From: Octopus sinensis
Taxonomy: Eukaryota
Length of the DNA stretch: 64,000 bases
Assembly (NCBI RefSeq): GCF_006345805.1
Contig: NC_042997.1
Location: 42,470,001-42,534,000 of the forward strand
Direction: 5' to 3'
Shown: positions 13,589 through 27,040 of the stretch, piece after piece
Numbering within the stretch: position 1 is the stretch's first letter
How the letters are laid out: each line of letters opens with the position of its first letter
Program-made: the position numbers and the translations under genes
Notes under the pieces: model-generated
Seen by the model: only the letters and a program-made list of their open reading frames with translations
The model's database searches: none
What the model was told of the DNA's origin: nothing

Positions 13589-13791
13589 CTTGCTTGAGGA
13601 CTTCAAACGGGTTTCCTCTAGTTTCTCATTAACAGGGCCTTCTTTAGGAGAATCAGTCTTTCTTTCAGAGGCCCCAGAACTGCTTGACATACTAGAAGCA
13701 CTGCGCTTCAGAGGAGTATAAACACTCCTAGGAGGCATGTTCTGTTGAGATTGTTGTAATGGAATAGGTGGTGGGCAGCTGTAATCCTTTT
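13589..13791 (-). CDS. PRRC2: PRRC2 coding exon 17 (KKDYSCPPPIPLQQ...KSSSK)
   Basis: ttactattag acceptor, AAG|gtatat donor, 203 nt, phase 1 to 0; ORF 13550..13834. Confidence 0.85.
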
Positions 13792-14961
13792 CTAATAGTA
13801 AAAAAAAAAAAATACATATATACAAAATGGTCATTTAAAACATTTTAAATTCAGAACAATTACAAAAAAATTAAACTTCTCAAATTTTATGAGAGCTATT
13901 ATAATTCCCTTTTGTGGTATACTACCGGTAGGCAGTAATTATTCTAAGATTCTTTTAAAACCTAGTGAAATATGAACAAGATATTACTTTTTTTTTTTTC
14001 TTTTTTTTTAAATTCTCGTTTAAGATCCAATCCAACGTATATTAAGATCTAAGTTATATCCTCATATACAAACTGATTTAAATATATTGCTCCAATGTGC
14101 AGGTAAGCAGTCAATGTATAACAAAGATTTTCTTTAATAAATTTTAGACACATAAGTGGTTTTGTAGTGCTATTCAAATATAGAAGTGATTGCAAAATGG
14201 AACTCCTATCTATCCACTGAATTTTCAATAGCTTGCTTTGTCTTCAATGTAGTTGAAATACATCACCAGATAGAACACTAATACCATTTTAAAACAGTGA
14301 TAATCCAAAATATTTAATATATTCACATCTTGTTTTTCAACAGTGCCAGGACTTAACACTTTGATTTTGGAACCAAACATCTAAATCATTCAAGTAAACA
14401 CACATCTCATGGTTATAATAATTTGGACATTAAAATATAGATTTATGAATCACAAATCATTCAACAAATAAGTACTTATTTTCAGCTGGCCATGCACTCA
14501 AAACCAAAATATGATTTGACCTACACTTTTAATTTTGTACTTAGTAATTAATATATATCTGCAATATGCATACAATTATATATTCCTGGAAAAATTTGGG
14601 ACAATGTCACTTTTCACTGCTAACAAGTCTTATCTTCAAAATATGCTTATGATCAGCCTAAAACCATTTCTGAATCCCCCCAAAAATATGGCCATAGACA
14701 ATGATTATCCTATCTAATATGGCCTTCTTTTTTAAGGATGGGAGGATGTATTTCTAGCAGGATGAAAAATAACAGAGGCTTTATCACCTGCCCAAGAGAA
14801 AAAAAAAAGATTCTTTTATAAATAAATGTTTCATGATTGTAAAATTAAAATGCATTTTAGCATTATCCAACTCACGCTATTACTTCCTATATTGTTTAGG
14901 TTCACTGAACATGTAGAATTCATAGCAAAAGCAAAATGAAATGTAAGAAATTAGAACTCAC

Positions 14962-15341
14962 TTTTATCATCAGGGAAAGATCTGTAAGTGGAAGAGTAGA
15001 GACGCTGATTCCAATGAGGATCAGAATGGTTTTTATCTTGCCTCCAATGAGATGAAGGCTCTGAGGGACTCTTATCTTCTCTTCGCCATTGAGAGTCAAC
15101 TGAATTCTTATCTCTATGCCAGTGAGAAGGTTCAACATGATTTTTATCTTCCCGTCGCCAATGGGGCTCCTGTTGTGACTTCTCTTCTCGTCTCCAGTGA
15201 CTATCAGGTAGAGGTTTTTCTTCTCGCTTCTCAGATTCATGATCAATCAAATGAGAATGGGCATGTGGATGAGGATGTGGCGAAGGATGAACATGAAGGT
15301 GTCTCTCATCTTCTTTGTTTTTCACTGGTTTTTCATCTTCC
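14962..15341 (-). CDS. PRRC2: PRRC2 coding exon 16 (His-rich; HWRREDK-type repeats)
   Basis: tttttag acceptor, AA|gtgagt donor, 380 nt, phase 2 to 1; ORF 14951..15325. Confidence 0.9.
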
Positions 15342-16209
15342 CTAAAAATTTAGTTAGGAAAATAAAATTGCTATAAAGTAAGTCTAACAGTTAAAAAAAA
15401 AGAAGTCTTAAAATTTGTTAATACATCAGAAATTACAGTTGTCTACTTCTGCAAATCTATCAACAAAAAAACCTGTATCAGGCTTTGCTTTAATAAACAA
15501 ATTCAATAGCTGTTTGAACCCAACCAGCCAATATAACAGCATAATAAAATATGCCACTTTACTGTAGAGAATTTGCAAGACAGTTATACAATCTCATGAA
15601 CTCAAAATATTTTTGATAGGATCTAAGGAATTACCTACCAACAGGTTCACATTAAATCTATTAATAACACAAAACAAAATCTTACGCAGTATATATAAAC
15701 CAGGAAAGATGAAATACATTTTCTACAAACCCGTTAAAATAAAAATCTGAAGAAACAAAACTGAAAATGATAAACATATATGCAAATAGAAGAAATATTA
15801 AATCCTATCATAAAATGTAGCAATACTACTAATATCCACATACTGAATTACTAATATTCTTAATAGAAATGCACAAACATTTAAAACAGGTTGCTAAATT
15901 GGAAAATAGCTATTTATTATTTAGGTTTTTTCCAGTTGTTTTAATCATGCTTTCTCAGAAGCACCATCAAATAGATCCCTCTGTACAAATGCTTGCAGCC
16001 TGTTGTCCTTTTTTACAATTAATATGGGGTACACTTTGGAGTTCAACCTCATATTCCTAAAGTGACAAATTAATGCTGTAAAACTATTACAATGTCTCAA
16101 CACTGCTTGACACTTCCTAAGAAATCTACCAATGAACCAAGCTGGACATCCAAAGCAGTGGTTCTTAACCTGGGGTCTGCGGATCCCTGGTGGATCCTGG
16201 TGGTTATTT

Positions 16210-16232
16210 TATATATATATATATTATATATA

Positions 16233-16274
<42 letters not shown>
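16210..16274. repeat. (TA)n microsatellite
   Basis: Read directly. Confidence 0.9.
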
Positions 16275-16279
<5 letters not shown>

Positions 16280-16503
16280 CACCATCTGTTCGTGGCCGTT
16301 CGCCAGCTCTGTCTGGCACCTGTGCAGGTGGCACGTAAAAAACACCCACTACACTCGCGGAGTGGTTGGCGTTAGGAAGGGCATCCAGCCGTAGAAACAC
16401 TGCCAGATCTGACTGGGCCTGACGAAGCCTTCCAGCTTCACAGACCCCAGTTGACCCGTCCAACCCATGCTAGCATGGAAAGCGGACGCTAAATGATGAT
16501 GAT
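16274..16503 (+). mobile_element. RTE 3'-tail fragment or RTE-mobilised SINE in a TA microsatellite
   Basis: Matches the 3' end of the 3030-6620 RTE (..AGGGCATCCAGCYGTAGAAAC..CCGTCCAACCCATGCTAGCATGGAAAGCGGACG..GATGATGAT). Confidence 0.8.
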
Positions 16504-17232
16504 GATATATATAAGGATAAGCATACTAAAAGGGTTCATGGAAAAATCTCACTTAAATAAAAGGGTTCAGAACCACTGTGAAAAGGTTAGGAACCACTGA
16601 TCTAAGGTGCCAAAAGAGAACTCATTTGGCATTTGGTTATAACGATGTCCTTTTGGTCAAAAATAGCTCCCAAAGTTTCACATCAAATTGAATATCTTTA
16701 CTTACACGATTTTTTTTCCAGTTTATCAGTCTTTGATACTAAATAATGCATTAAGCTAAATTTTTAATATTAGCTGTGTAGAAAAAGATTATATATATAT
16801 ATATTATATCAACTACGATGATTTCCAGAATTTAATGTAACTTTACATTAAGTTACATTAAGCAATATATCAATTTAAAATATCCAGTGCAATAATAGTG
16901 GAATATTTAATAGCCTGGAATTTCATGTATACTCCTGTCCTGTCCAACCCCATCCCAGCATGGAAAAAATGACAAAACGATTACAAAAAGTTTTGTTAAA
17001 TGTACGAAAAGGTACTTTATCTGTAAAAATGTCATTCCACAAATATCTGACAAAACTGAAACACTTGAATCAATAAATTAGTATGAACCCGTATAGATGT
17101 GTCAACAAAATATAAAACTTACAAAGTTTTGACAAGTTAATATTTAATGAAGTATTTTCTTTAAAAAATACTCTCAAGATTCAAAGGAAAATATAATACT
17201 TGAATTAAAATGATTCACACTAATACACTCAC

Positions 17233-17320
17233 CTTCTGTCATATTCATAATCCCGTCTTTCAAATTCAGAGTACATCCTTGGATCAAAGTAAGGAGGTCG
17301 CCGAATATCTTCATATGGAG
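17233..17320 (-). CDS. PRRC2: PRRC2 coding exon 15 (APYEDIRRPPYFDPRMYSEFERRDYEYDR)
   Basis: gttaatag acceptor, AAG|gtgagt donor, 88 nt, phase 1 to 2. Confidence 0.88.
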
Positions 17321-18777
17321 CTATTAACAGTGAAAATAAGAATTATAAACTCAGATTATCAAATGTAGAATTCTAGATGCAAGTGGACAATATGATATAT
17401 ATCATGGAAGAAGCAGTTAGGATATATTCCATGGAAGAAGGAGCACAATTGTTCAGAAGATATTCTTTCTTAGTGGTGTTTGAAATACTTAATTTAAATT
17501 AAAATGGCCCACAATTTTCTCACTTTCAACAAACCTATTTTCATGAACACTAATTGGTTTCAACAATTTGTGCTATTTTATTAAAAATAGGAAAAAGATT
17601 TTATTAAGTAACTGCACATCACAGAGCTAACAAATTTTAAATTAAAATCTACAGTTTAAATGTTATCTAAATTTCAGTTATATTAATACAAATTGAGGGA
17701 GAGAAAGGCAAACATTTTCAATAAGTTTAACCTTAAATAGTTTATGCTCAGGAGAGTTTAATGTTTCTACATATTAAATAAAATAAACTTGACTGTAGCA
17801 AGCAGATAAATACACGTTTATAGTCAAATGCAAACTATATACATCATGACTTATGCCTTAGCTCTTCTGTTACTATATTTTTGTTGGTATATGTTGTCTT
17901 TGCTTCAATTAATTTGGAAGGAAAAAAAAAAAAAAAAAAGAATTTAGTACAATAACTCATTATTAAGCTGATGTTTTGAGAATAGATTAGCATGAAATTT
18001 TGAAAGAAAATTTTTCAGTCAGATCGTTAAGCAGGAAGTTTGTGCCATAGAACCCGAACTGTTTTATATAGGTTAGAATCAAAAGGGTTAAGTTGTCACA
18101 CCATTACACTTCCTATTTCATATAGCTAGAAAAGCTTTCTAGCTTCATTGGCACAATTAATAAAAAGTACAGACCACTGTTCACATCAAATATGAACAGT
18201 TCCTATTTTAAAGAATATCACTTTCAGTCTAAATTAACAAAAACCTATGCAATATTTTTTTGCTCATAAATTCTGCCTTAACATCATATTGTTCTCTGAA
18301 ATCCACTACATTTAAAATTTTCCAAGTTCTCATTTCCATTACCTGTTGATCTGCAAATTCACATCTTAGGCATCCTCCTAGTTTTGTAAATGATTTTGTA
18401 CAAAAACACCATAATTAACAATTACCATGTCCAAACAAATCATCTTACACCATCAAAAGATAGGAGACGCATAATGAAAAAAAAAACCCTATTAGTTTAG
18501 CTTTTTCATCAAACCCATACTGACAACCTTTCTGCTCTTACCACAATTAAAGGCCTAACATTAAACATTTGAAATCCTTTATGTACGAAACATACTATAA
18601 ATTTCTATCCACTGCTTTGAATTAATTTCAATTATTTAACTTAAAAAAGCCATAAGCCAACTCTGGCAAGATTTGAGCTGAGATATAAATCACCATAGTT
18701 TCCTATTCACTAACAACATCCCCCAACCTTTTTACTTTAGATAATCTTATTATAGATTATCTATGAGAAAAACTCAC

Positions 18778-18918
18778 CAGGAGGCAAAGGGTAGCTCCTT
18801 TCCATCCAGGAGCGAGATTCTCGTTCATACATATCAGGAGTTCTGCTTTCACTGTCATGACTCTCAGTTCCTGAGCCATGACTATCAGTACGCCGCCTAA
18901 CTGGATAAACTGGTAATG
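18778..18918 (-). CDS. PRRC2: PRRC2 coding exon 14 (ALPVYPVRRRTDSHGSGTESHDSESRTPDMYERESRSWMERSYPLPP)
   Basis: ttcttttcag acceptor, CTG|gtgagt donor, 141 nt, phase 1 to 1. Confidence 0.9.
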
Positions 18919-19280
18919 CTGAAAAGAAATCATTTATTCTAACTGTATCATTTTGAAATTTCATTAGGATCTGATCCAAGCCTTTTTTTTTTTTTAATAT
19001 TAAATCATCAGCTCAATTTTTTTTTTTTTATTGTTTCACCATGCATTTTCATTAAAAGTCCAAATTTTCAATAATCATTGCAAAAATACTGAATATTTGG
19101 CATATAGCCCTAACAAACTATTTCTCCCATTAAAAAAATAATTATTTACACAGCCATTTTGAAATTACATATTTTTAAAATAATCAAATAAAAATAATAA
19201 AATTTTTAACCCATTAAGTTTTGGACACCAGTAATTCTCCTCTAGGCCATGGACGATTGATTTGAATTCAGACCAGCAAG

Positions 19281-19760
19281 CTAAGAAAACACTTCTAAAT
19301 TAGTGCCTATTCTAAATAAGCAAGGTAATTCTTCTGTAACTACCTGTAAGAGCAAACCATTATACCTAACATTTATTAACCTAGAGCTGGCCTTTGACAC
19401 AGTTCCATAATCTGTAGTGCAGTGACAACTAAGAAAATTGGATGAAGATGAAAGTTTTGTGAGAGCAGTGAAAGCAATGGATAGGTGTGTGTGTGTCAGC
19501 AAGGTGAGAAGTAGCATTGAGAAACTTAACATAAATAGGTGTCCACCAGGGCCCAATTTTCAGTCTCCATTCATATTACCACTTCCTACTAATAATTTTT
19601 CAGATAAAAAAAAAATAAAAAGGACTGGTTGTCCTAGGGATATTAAGCATATGAATGACCTAGTTTTCACAGGTGAATCAAAGAATTACAAATATGGAAG
19701 CTAAGCCTCAAATCATGAGGACCAGAAATAAGCCTAGTAAAGTCAAATGTTAAAGCAAGA
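19281..19760 (+). mobile_element. Old RTE reverse-transcriptase fragment
   Basis: Translates to ..LYLTFINLELAFDTVP..LRKLDEDESFVRAVKAM..VSKVR.., RT segment with stops. Confidence 0.6.
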
Positions 19761-21298
19761 AAAATTACAGAATTCTATTTGGTATCTGGAAGTGGCCATG
19801 CTCAGCATGCAAACAAAAGAAGTGTAGTTGAGAATATCATGTACCCAATATAAACTGTGTGCATAAAAGATGCAGTCGCATCACAAGCAGGATCACACAG
19901 GAAGACTAAGTAGCTATCAGTAACACCACCTATAAAATTATTTTTTCAGATACCCAGAAGGCTCAACTGAAGTCAATAATAACCTAACCAAGAGAGGGAG
20001 TAGCCAGAGTAAGGACAGGGTGGAAAAAATTTACAAAGCTACAGGTGAAATTCAGTTATAATGAATTTTTCAGTATAGTGATTTTAAGTCCCAGGCCATA
20101 ATCCTACTAAAACAATGCTTATTGAGTCAAGAAAATTCATTACTTCTATTTTAGTACAATTAAGCAAAAAAACTTTGATACAATAAAAAATTTCTCCAAA
20201 AGGAAAAAAAAAATCTCACAGTAGTCTTGTAAAGTTAATTGTGCAGATAATATTAAATATTGATTGGGACATGGAGAAGTCAGATAACCTCAAGAGAGTA
20301 CAAACATACAACAGTATCAGACAAGGGCATATTTGTATTTGTCACTTGTCTTTCTGATAATAAAACAGAAATTTTGTAAAATGGGTGAGAAAAAAAAAGT
20401 CAAACTCACTTTGTTCTTTACACTAAGAACATGCATATTTCAACATTCCTATCAACAAGGGGTTTTTTATGGAATAGGATCTTTTTCACAGTAATAAGAA
20501 TGTAAACATTCAAATCCTGACTCAATTTTAAAATGTAAATTTCAAATCAAGGAATACAAATCAAAGTGGCCAATACATCCATCTGACATCCAAGTGTCTG
20601 GTAATTCTCTATCAGAGGTTGTAATGCGTCCATCTTGATCAGAGAACAAGTACGAAAAAATATTTCATTGTATTTTTTATTTAACAAAATATCTTGTTTC
20701 TGTTAATCTCCTTAAAATGAATTTTTCTTATATTATTATCTAGTTAATTTCACCTGTATTTCTTCTTGCTGACAACAAAGGAATTCATAGTCTAAGTGAG
20801 GGACATTGTATGATGATGCAAATTTTCATAGCAAAACATGACTGAATGCAAAGGCTAGAAAGAAATGAGGTGAGCATGCTCAAGTGAGTGTGTAATGTTA
20901 GTATATACACAGACAAATAAAGCATGAGCTGAGAAAAACTGAATATAAGAATCAACCAGAGTAAGCAAGTCTGTGCTAATACAGATATATGATGCATATG
21001 AAGGATGACAGCTGGATAAGGAAGCACCAAGTGATCCAAGTAGAAGCAAATTATGGAAGAGGAAGAACAAGGATGTCAGAATTAGTTAAGGTTATCTCAA
21101 AATCTCACTAAGGAGATGAGAAGGAATTACAAGTGGCGAGACATATTGGAAAAAAGGTGTCCAACCCATGCAAGCATGGTAAACAAATGTAAAAATGATA
21201 GTAAATCATGTAATTAAGCAAATTTGCCAAATAGCTGTTAAATATTTAAAGCAACAGTTATGTTAGAACAATGGAAAATGCACACTAATTCAACTTAC

Positions 21299-21809
21299 CC
21301 TGCATATCCATTGGAGGTCTAGGAGCAAAACGTGGATCAATAAAAGCTGGTGTTGGAGGAGCTGGCATAGCACCCCATGTTTGCCTCAGCTCATACAGAG
21401 CCCATGGTGGTGGTGGTCCTTGGCCTGGACGCATACCTTGATGTTGAGGAGGTTGTTGCTGCTGCTGTGGCTGTGGAGGTGGCTGCTGTTGCTGTGGTGG
21501 TTGCTGAGGTTGGGGTGGAGGAGGCTGTGGTTGCTGGGGTGGTTGTTGTTGAGGAGAAGGTGGTTGTTGGGGCAACTGAGGCTGTGGTTGCAGTGAAGGG
21601 GGTTGGGGATGGGCAAGGGGAAGTGTCGGGGGTGGGGCTGATTGGGGGGGTGGTAATTGTTGAGAAGATGGTGACTGTGGAGGCTGAATTTGTGAGGGCT
21701 GAGGTTGGTTTGAAGGCTGCTGGCGCATCATTTGTTCCTGAACTTGTTTTTGGAATCTTGGTGGGATATTTTTTGCATAATGCTTAGAAAACTGAGCTTG
21801 TGGGCCACC
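21299..21809 (-). CDS. PRRC2: PRRC2 coding exon 13, Q/P-rich (..NIPPRFQKQ..polyQ/P..FIDPRFAPRPPMDMQ)
   Basis: ttattgcag acceptor, G|gtaagt donor, 511 nt, phase 0 to 1; ORF 21285..21815. Confidence 0.92.
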
Positions 21810-22880
21810 CTGCAATAAATATAGTAACAGTTTTCACAAACCATTTTATTTTGAATAAACGTTCTTAAAAATGAATAATTATACTGATGCATATGCAATA
21901 CAAATATTTTCAGTACTATATTCATTTAAACTTTAAGAAAGCGGTCGACCAAAAATACTAAGTTTTAAAAACTGCATTTCTGAACACAAAATGCAAGTAA
22001 CTAATTAAAATCTAAGGTAGATTTGTAAAAACAAATTCATTTTTATAGAAACTGAATTCATAGTTTCCTCTCCATGCTTGAATATTGAATATCTAACACT
22101 TTTGAAACAACAAATTAATGCAAATATTTACTGGATTAGAAAATATCTATTCAGTCAATATATTAAACTGATTCAATTTTAATAAATATTAAGACATTCA
22201 GATTTGCAGATTTTAATATCTCAACTATAAAGTGCAACACAGGAAAGTGATAAGTTTTTTATTTTAATTTTCTTTTAAAAATATTATTCCAACCATAAAA
22301 ATGATACAAAAAAAAAAAAACTATCTTTGGCTAATAAGCCCAAAAATTATATACTACATAATTAAAAATTTTGCAATAATTTGCCAGATTGGATTGGAGC
22401 GTGGTGCAGCCTTCTAGCTTGCCAGCCCTCAGTCAAACCGTCCAACCTATGCCAGCATGGAAAACAGATATTAAACAATGATGATGATCATCAAATAACT
22501 ATAAACTTCCAGTCAAGCTAAAAAATTTTTAAAAACTCCAAGGAATCAAATGATTTCTTTTAAGTTAGAAACCTATCACCAAGATTTTTATATTAGAAGT
22601 ACACATTTGAAAAAAATGCATGCATATGTGTATTTGTAGACATGTTCATGAATGTGTATTGAACTGAAACATTTTGAGCAAAATTTACAGGCGTTTACAT
22701 GTTGGTAAAATATTTTGCATTTAGAGAGAATTTATAGAGAAAACTAAAATGTTAAAAAACCAACCCTCTTAAGTCCTTAACATATAATTTACCCTATCTA
22801 AAATGTATTCAAGTAGTGAAATAAATGCTAGACAGTTGAAACTTTGCTCCAACACCAGTTAATAAACTTTTAATACGTAC

Positions 22881-22982
22881 AATTGGATATTTGGAAGAGT
22901 CCCTATGGGCTCTTTCGCGTGCATCTTTTTCACTGCTTTCACTAGGTGTACGACTAGTTCGCCCATCCGATTCCTCTCTTTC
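22881..22982 (-). CDS. PRRC2: PRRC2 coding exon 12 (EREESDGRTSRTPSESSEKDARERAHRDSSKYPI)
   Basis: caattcag acceptor; donor ATT|gtacgt chosen because the next exon needs phase 0; 102 nt. Confidence 0.78.
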
Positions 22983-23506
22983 CTGAATTGAATACATAAA
23001 GTTTTGCTTTAGCATACATTATGCTAATCATAATATTCAAGCAAAATACTCAATATCAATCAAGTAAAACAAGACAATTGAGTGAATCCTGCAAACTTAT
23101 TTGTAAATAGTGTTATCACACATTTTAACAACCATCTAAGATTAAAATAGACTAGTTGCATTTGTAAGATAACATTTTCTATTTTCCTCTAAAATCAAGG
23201 CTATCACTATATCTAGGGTTCATTAAATCTCTCCTATTTATAAATTGTTCTAACAAATCCTAAAAATCAGTAACGATTGTTTGTTTATACATTTAATTAT
23301 TCCTTTTAACCCTTATTTACACACTCATCTGTACAATTCTTCATCCCAAGCATTCTTCTAACAAAATCTCATACCTACAATTCCCATCTTTAAATTTCAA
23401 GTTTATATTCATCTAGCTAAAGATAAAAACAACAGGAAATGAATACCAATTACTATCCAATATTATGTCCCAACGTACAATACCTTTAATACTGTAAATC
23501 TTGTTT

Positions 23507-23560
23507 TGCTCAATACTGTAAATCTTGTTTTGCTCAATACTGTAAATTGTGTTTTGCTTA
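23507..23560. repeat. 24-bp tandem repeat, ~2.3 copies (AATACTGTAAATCTTGTTTTGCTC)
   Basis: Read directly. Confidence 0.8.
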
Positions 23561-23580
23561 GTGTATTGTCAATACATTCA

Positions 23581-23850
<270 letters not shown>

Positions 23851-23934
23851 TTAATATAAATATTTGCACAATTTTTGATATTAAATATTCCCATTTATTT
23901 TCTCATAAAATTTTAACAAAGAAAATTAACTTAC

Positions 23935-24027
23935 CTGTCCAGGTGGATGTGGTGGGCCCATTCTAAATGCAGGATAAGGTGGCCTTTGACCCATATATTC
24001 ATAAGCCATCTGAAGATTCCAACCACG
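23935..24027 (-). CDS. PRRC2: PRRC2 coding exon 10 (RGWNLQMAYEYMGQRPPYPAFRMGPPHPPGQ)
   Basis: tttcttaag acceptor, CAG|gtaagt donor, 93 nt, phase 0 to 0. Confidence 0.82.
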
Positions 24028-24635
24028 CTTAAGAAAGATATTAAGGTATTACTTCACTAAAATTCACAATGTATGCTTAATACATATATTGTTTTTATAA
24101 ATTAAGAATATACATTTTCAGAGACTGCGTAGGAAAATATTTAAATATTAAATGTTTAATATTATGCTCTAAATTTTAAAAATAAAGTACGCAAATATCC
24201 CCAATATATATATTCATTTCAAAGATTACATCAAAAAATTTAAAATAAAATCAATATTTAAGAAATTGATTCCTGGACTGGTAATCATTCAATAGAATAG
24301 GGAATTCTATTCCCTATTTATGAAAATGAAATATATAATATATAATAGATTAAATATTACAAAATGATTAAACCAGATATCTCAATTGCAAAGTTTAAAA
24401 TCTAATTTACTAATCCAAGATTTATATTAAAATAATTCCAATAGTACAGTCTAGTGAATCATTTACATCTTATTAATTCAATCACTTGGTAGTAATGATA
24501 GATTTGAGTTAGATAACATGTAGCCATTTTTAAACATACTAAAAGTACTTGCAGAATTAGATTCTATCCTAAGTGAGAAAACTATATTACAGGTATAGTT
24601 ATTGCTTTAGGAAATTAAAGGTCTTCTTCCTGTAT

Positions 24636-24845
24636 TTCACCCTTTACCATTCAGATTACCGTCAAATGTAATATTTATTCATTGTTTTGAATTTAATTAT
24701 GCATTATCTCAGAGCTTTGAGATTTCAATGATGTGATCACTTATTTTTAGAATGACATTGTAGGTCGGTGAGAAAGGCATGGTTTGACTGCTTTGAACAT
24801 AGATTATTTGGGTCAGATATAGCCATTTGAATTACTTTCTTTTAA
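24636..24845. mobile_element. Degenerate piggyBac-type MITE family A (orientation as 3989 copy)
   Basis: CCCTTTACCATTCAGATT..ATTGTTTTGAATT..GAGATTTCAATGATG..TTTTAGAATGACATTGTAGG matches the 3989-4216 interior; right TIR eroded. Confidence 0.6.
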
Positions 24846-26373
24846 CTGATATCCATCACAACTTATTAGATCAGATTTTTCAAACTATTCAAAGATAAAT
24901 AAAATTAAAAACAATTGCAACCAACAATTCATTTGCAATGTTGGGAGAGAAAATTAGATATCACAGACAACTACAGAATTTATTTACTCTCTTCATAAGA
25001 TGTTAAGCTGGAATTCAACAATTGTTGCACTAGACTAAATAATTCAAGTAACTAGCAACTATGTCCAATAAGCAGCAAACTGATACAATGCTAATTTCAC
25101 CAAATATGAATTACTATATGGTTTTTCTAACCATATTCCAAATGCTTTTATGCTTATATTTTTAATTTCTTATATTAGTACAAAAAATATCAACTTCTCA
25201 GCAACTCAAATTATGAAAAAATGATTTACTTAATAGTTAAATCTATCTAAATAAATCTAAGTGATAATCTGCATAATTATAGAAATTGTTTTCAATGTGA
25301 TTTATTGCATAAACAAGCAGTTAAGAAGTCGAGTTTTCTCTGCAACTATGTTATTCCTGTTTTGATCTCACTGCACAGCATCTTGGTAATTTGGTAGATG
25401 GGAACTGTGCTGAAAATGGTTTGTGTAGCGCATGTATGCCTGTGTCAGGTGGTGTGTCAAGCTGTTGTTAATGGAATTTAGCCAGTCAATAAAACAGTAC
25501 AAAACAGAAATGAGTACTAGGTTTGATATTATTGGCTGAAAACCCTTACTTGCAGTTTCCCAAAATGGCTAAGATGTTCATTACAAGATGCTCTAAAATC
25601 AACTAAAATGCAAGTTTTAGCAAATTACAAGAAACTATCAGGGATCTACAGTAGCTAGAGAGTTGTTAAAAAATAAATATTTCATATTAAAATCCATTCT
25701 AACCATAAATATCAAGACAGCTGAATTTTTTTTTTTTTCTTCCTATTTCTAAAATGTTCTGATTGACACAACTTGAACAATAGCAGTGGTACTCACTTCT
25801 ATTCCTGGAATGGGGGGTCTTGGTTGATTAGATCTATAATGTTGAGGGGGGAAAGCCTGACCCCAACTTTCTCTATGAGATGGCCGACTGTGTTCATCCT
25901 TAAAAGCAAACCAGATTTGTGTAGAGTTTCAATAACAATGAACGATCAAATTAAATGAAGGACATGAACCCAGAAAATATACAGTTCAAAACAAACCTTT
26001 AACTGCTAAAATATTTTCATAATGCAAGAAATATATTTTAAACGAAGTAACAACCAAAGAGTTATTGAAAACTTTCTTTTACAACACTTAAAATTATGTC
26101 TGTGCTAAGCTTGAGTTTAATTTGTAAGTTAAATGCTGAAATTCAATAACCTAAACCCAACAATTCAAATCTTGAACAATGTCACAATTTTCAAACAGAA
26201 AATACTTCCAATATGCAATAAATATAGCACAAAGGAAGCAGCAAAACGGTGAAAATGAGGGAGTGGGGAATTAGTTGCAACAGTAGTCATTTCTGGTTTT
26301 TGTAAGATCAATAAAAACAAGGTAAGTTTCTACTTTGAACTACATATAAACTAATCAGGTAAAGTTGATTTGT

Positions 26374-26377
<4 letters not shown>

Positions 26378-26449
<72 letters not shown>
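26378..26449. repeat. Compound (TA)n(CA)n microsatellite
   Basis: Read directly. Confidence 0.9.
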
Positions 26450-26699
26450 GAGGAGGAAGAGTAACAGGTAGATGTAGAGAAAGTATTAAACTGAATTGTT
26501 TTTCACACAACTCCTGTTTTATACCACTAACATAGTCAAATGAAAATTCTTTGGTGTTCAGGCTGCTTTTATATACATGGCTTTATATCATTATTTTGCC
26601 TTACTTTGACTAGTTTCCATGTTTATCTAAGGCTTTATGATGGTTGTTTCATATGCTAGCACAGTGTTCCATTCTTCGCAGGTCAGTTTCACAGTTATC

Positions 26700-27040
26700 T
26701 TGCTTCTGTCTTTGGACTACGACCTTTCTGGGGCACTGCCTTGAAAGGTTTAGTGGAATCAATTGACCCCAGTATATATTTTAAGATTCGTGCTTATTCT
26801 GTTGGCCCCTCTTTTTGTTGGAACGCTAAATTACAAAGATGTAAACAAACAAGTACCAATTGTCAAGTGCTAATGGAGTGAAAAAACACGCATGCTTCAT
26901 TGAATTTCCGTCAACCAAATACACTCACACAATGGTTGGCCCAGGGATATAGTAGAAGGCACTTGTCCAAGATGTCACTCAGTGGGACTGAACCCAGAAC
27001 CATGAGGTTGGGAAGCGAACCTCTTACCATATGACCATGA
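26700..27040 (-). mobile_element. Degenerate tRNA-derived SINE
   Basis: Same family as 55091-55450 (..GGATATAGTAGAAGGCACTTGTCCAAG..CAGTGGGACTGAACCC..). Confidence 0.6.

Larger units (their letters stand above)
16156..16599. mobile_element. hAT (Charlie-like) MITE with a nested RTE-tail insertion
   Basis: TIRs CAGTGGTTCTTAACC / GGTTAGGAACCACTG; imperfect 8-bp TSD ATCCAAAG / ATCTAAGG. Confidence 0.7.

Noticed and set aside
21377-21787. Val/Ala-rich antisense ORFs opposite the Q/P exon
   Set aside because: Mirror of CAA/CAG/CCA codon repeats.
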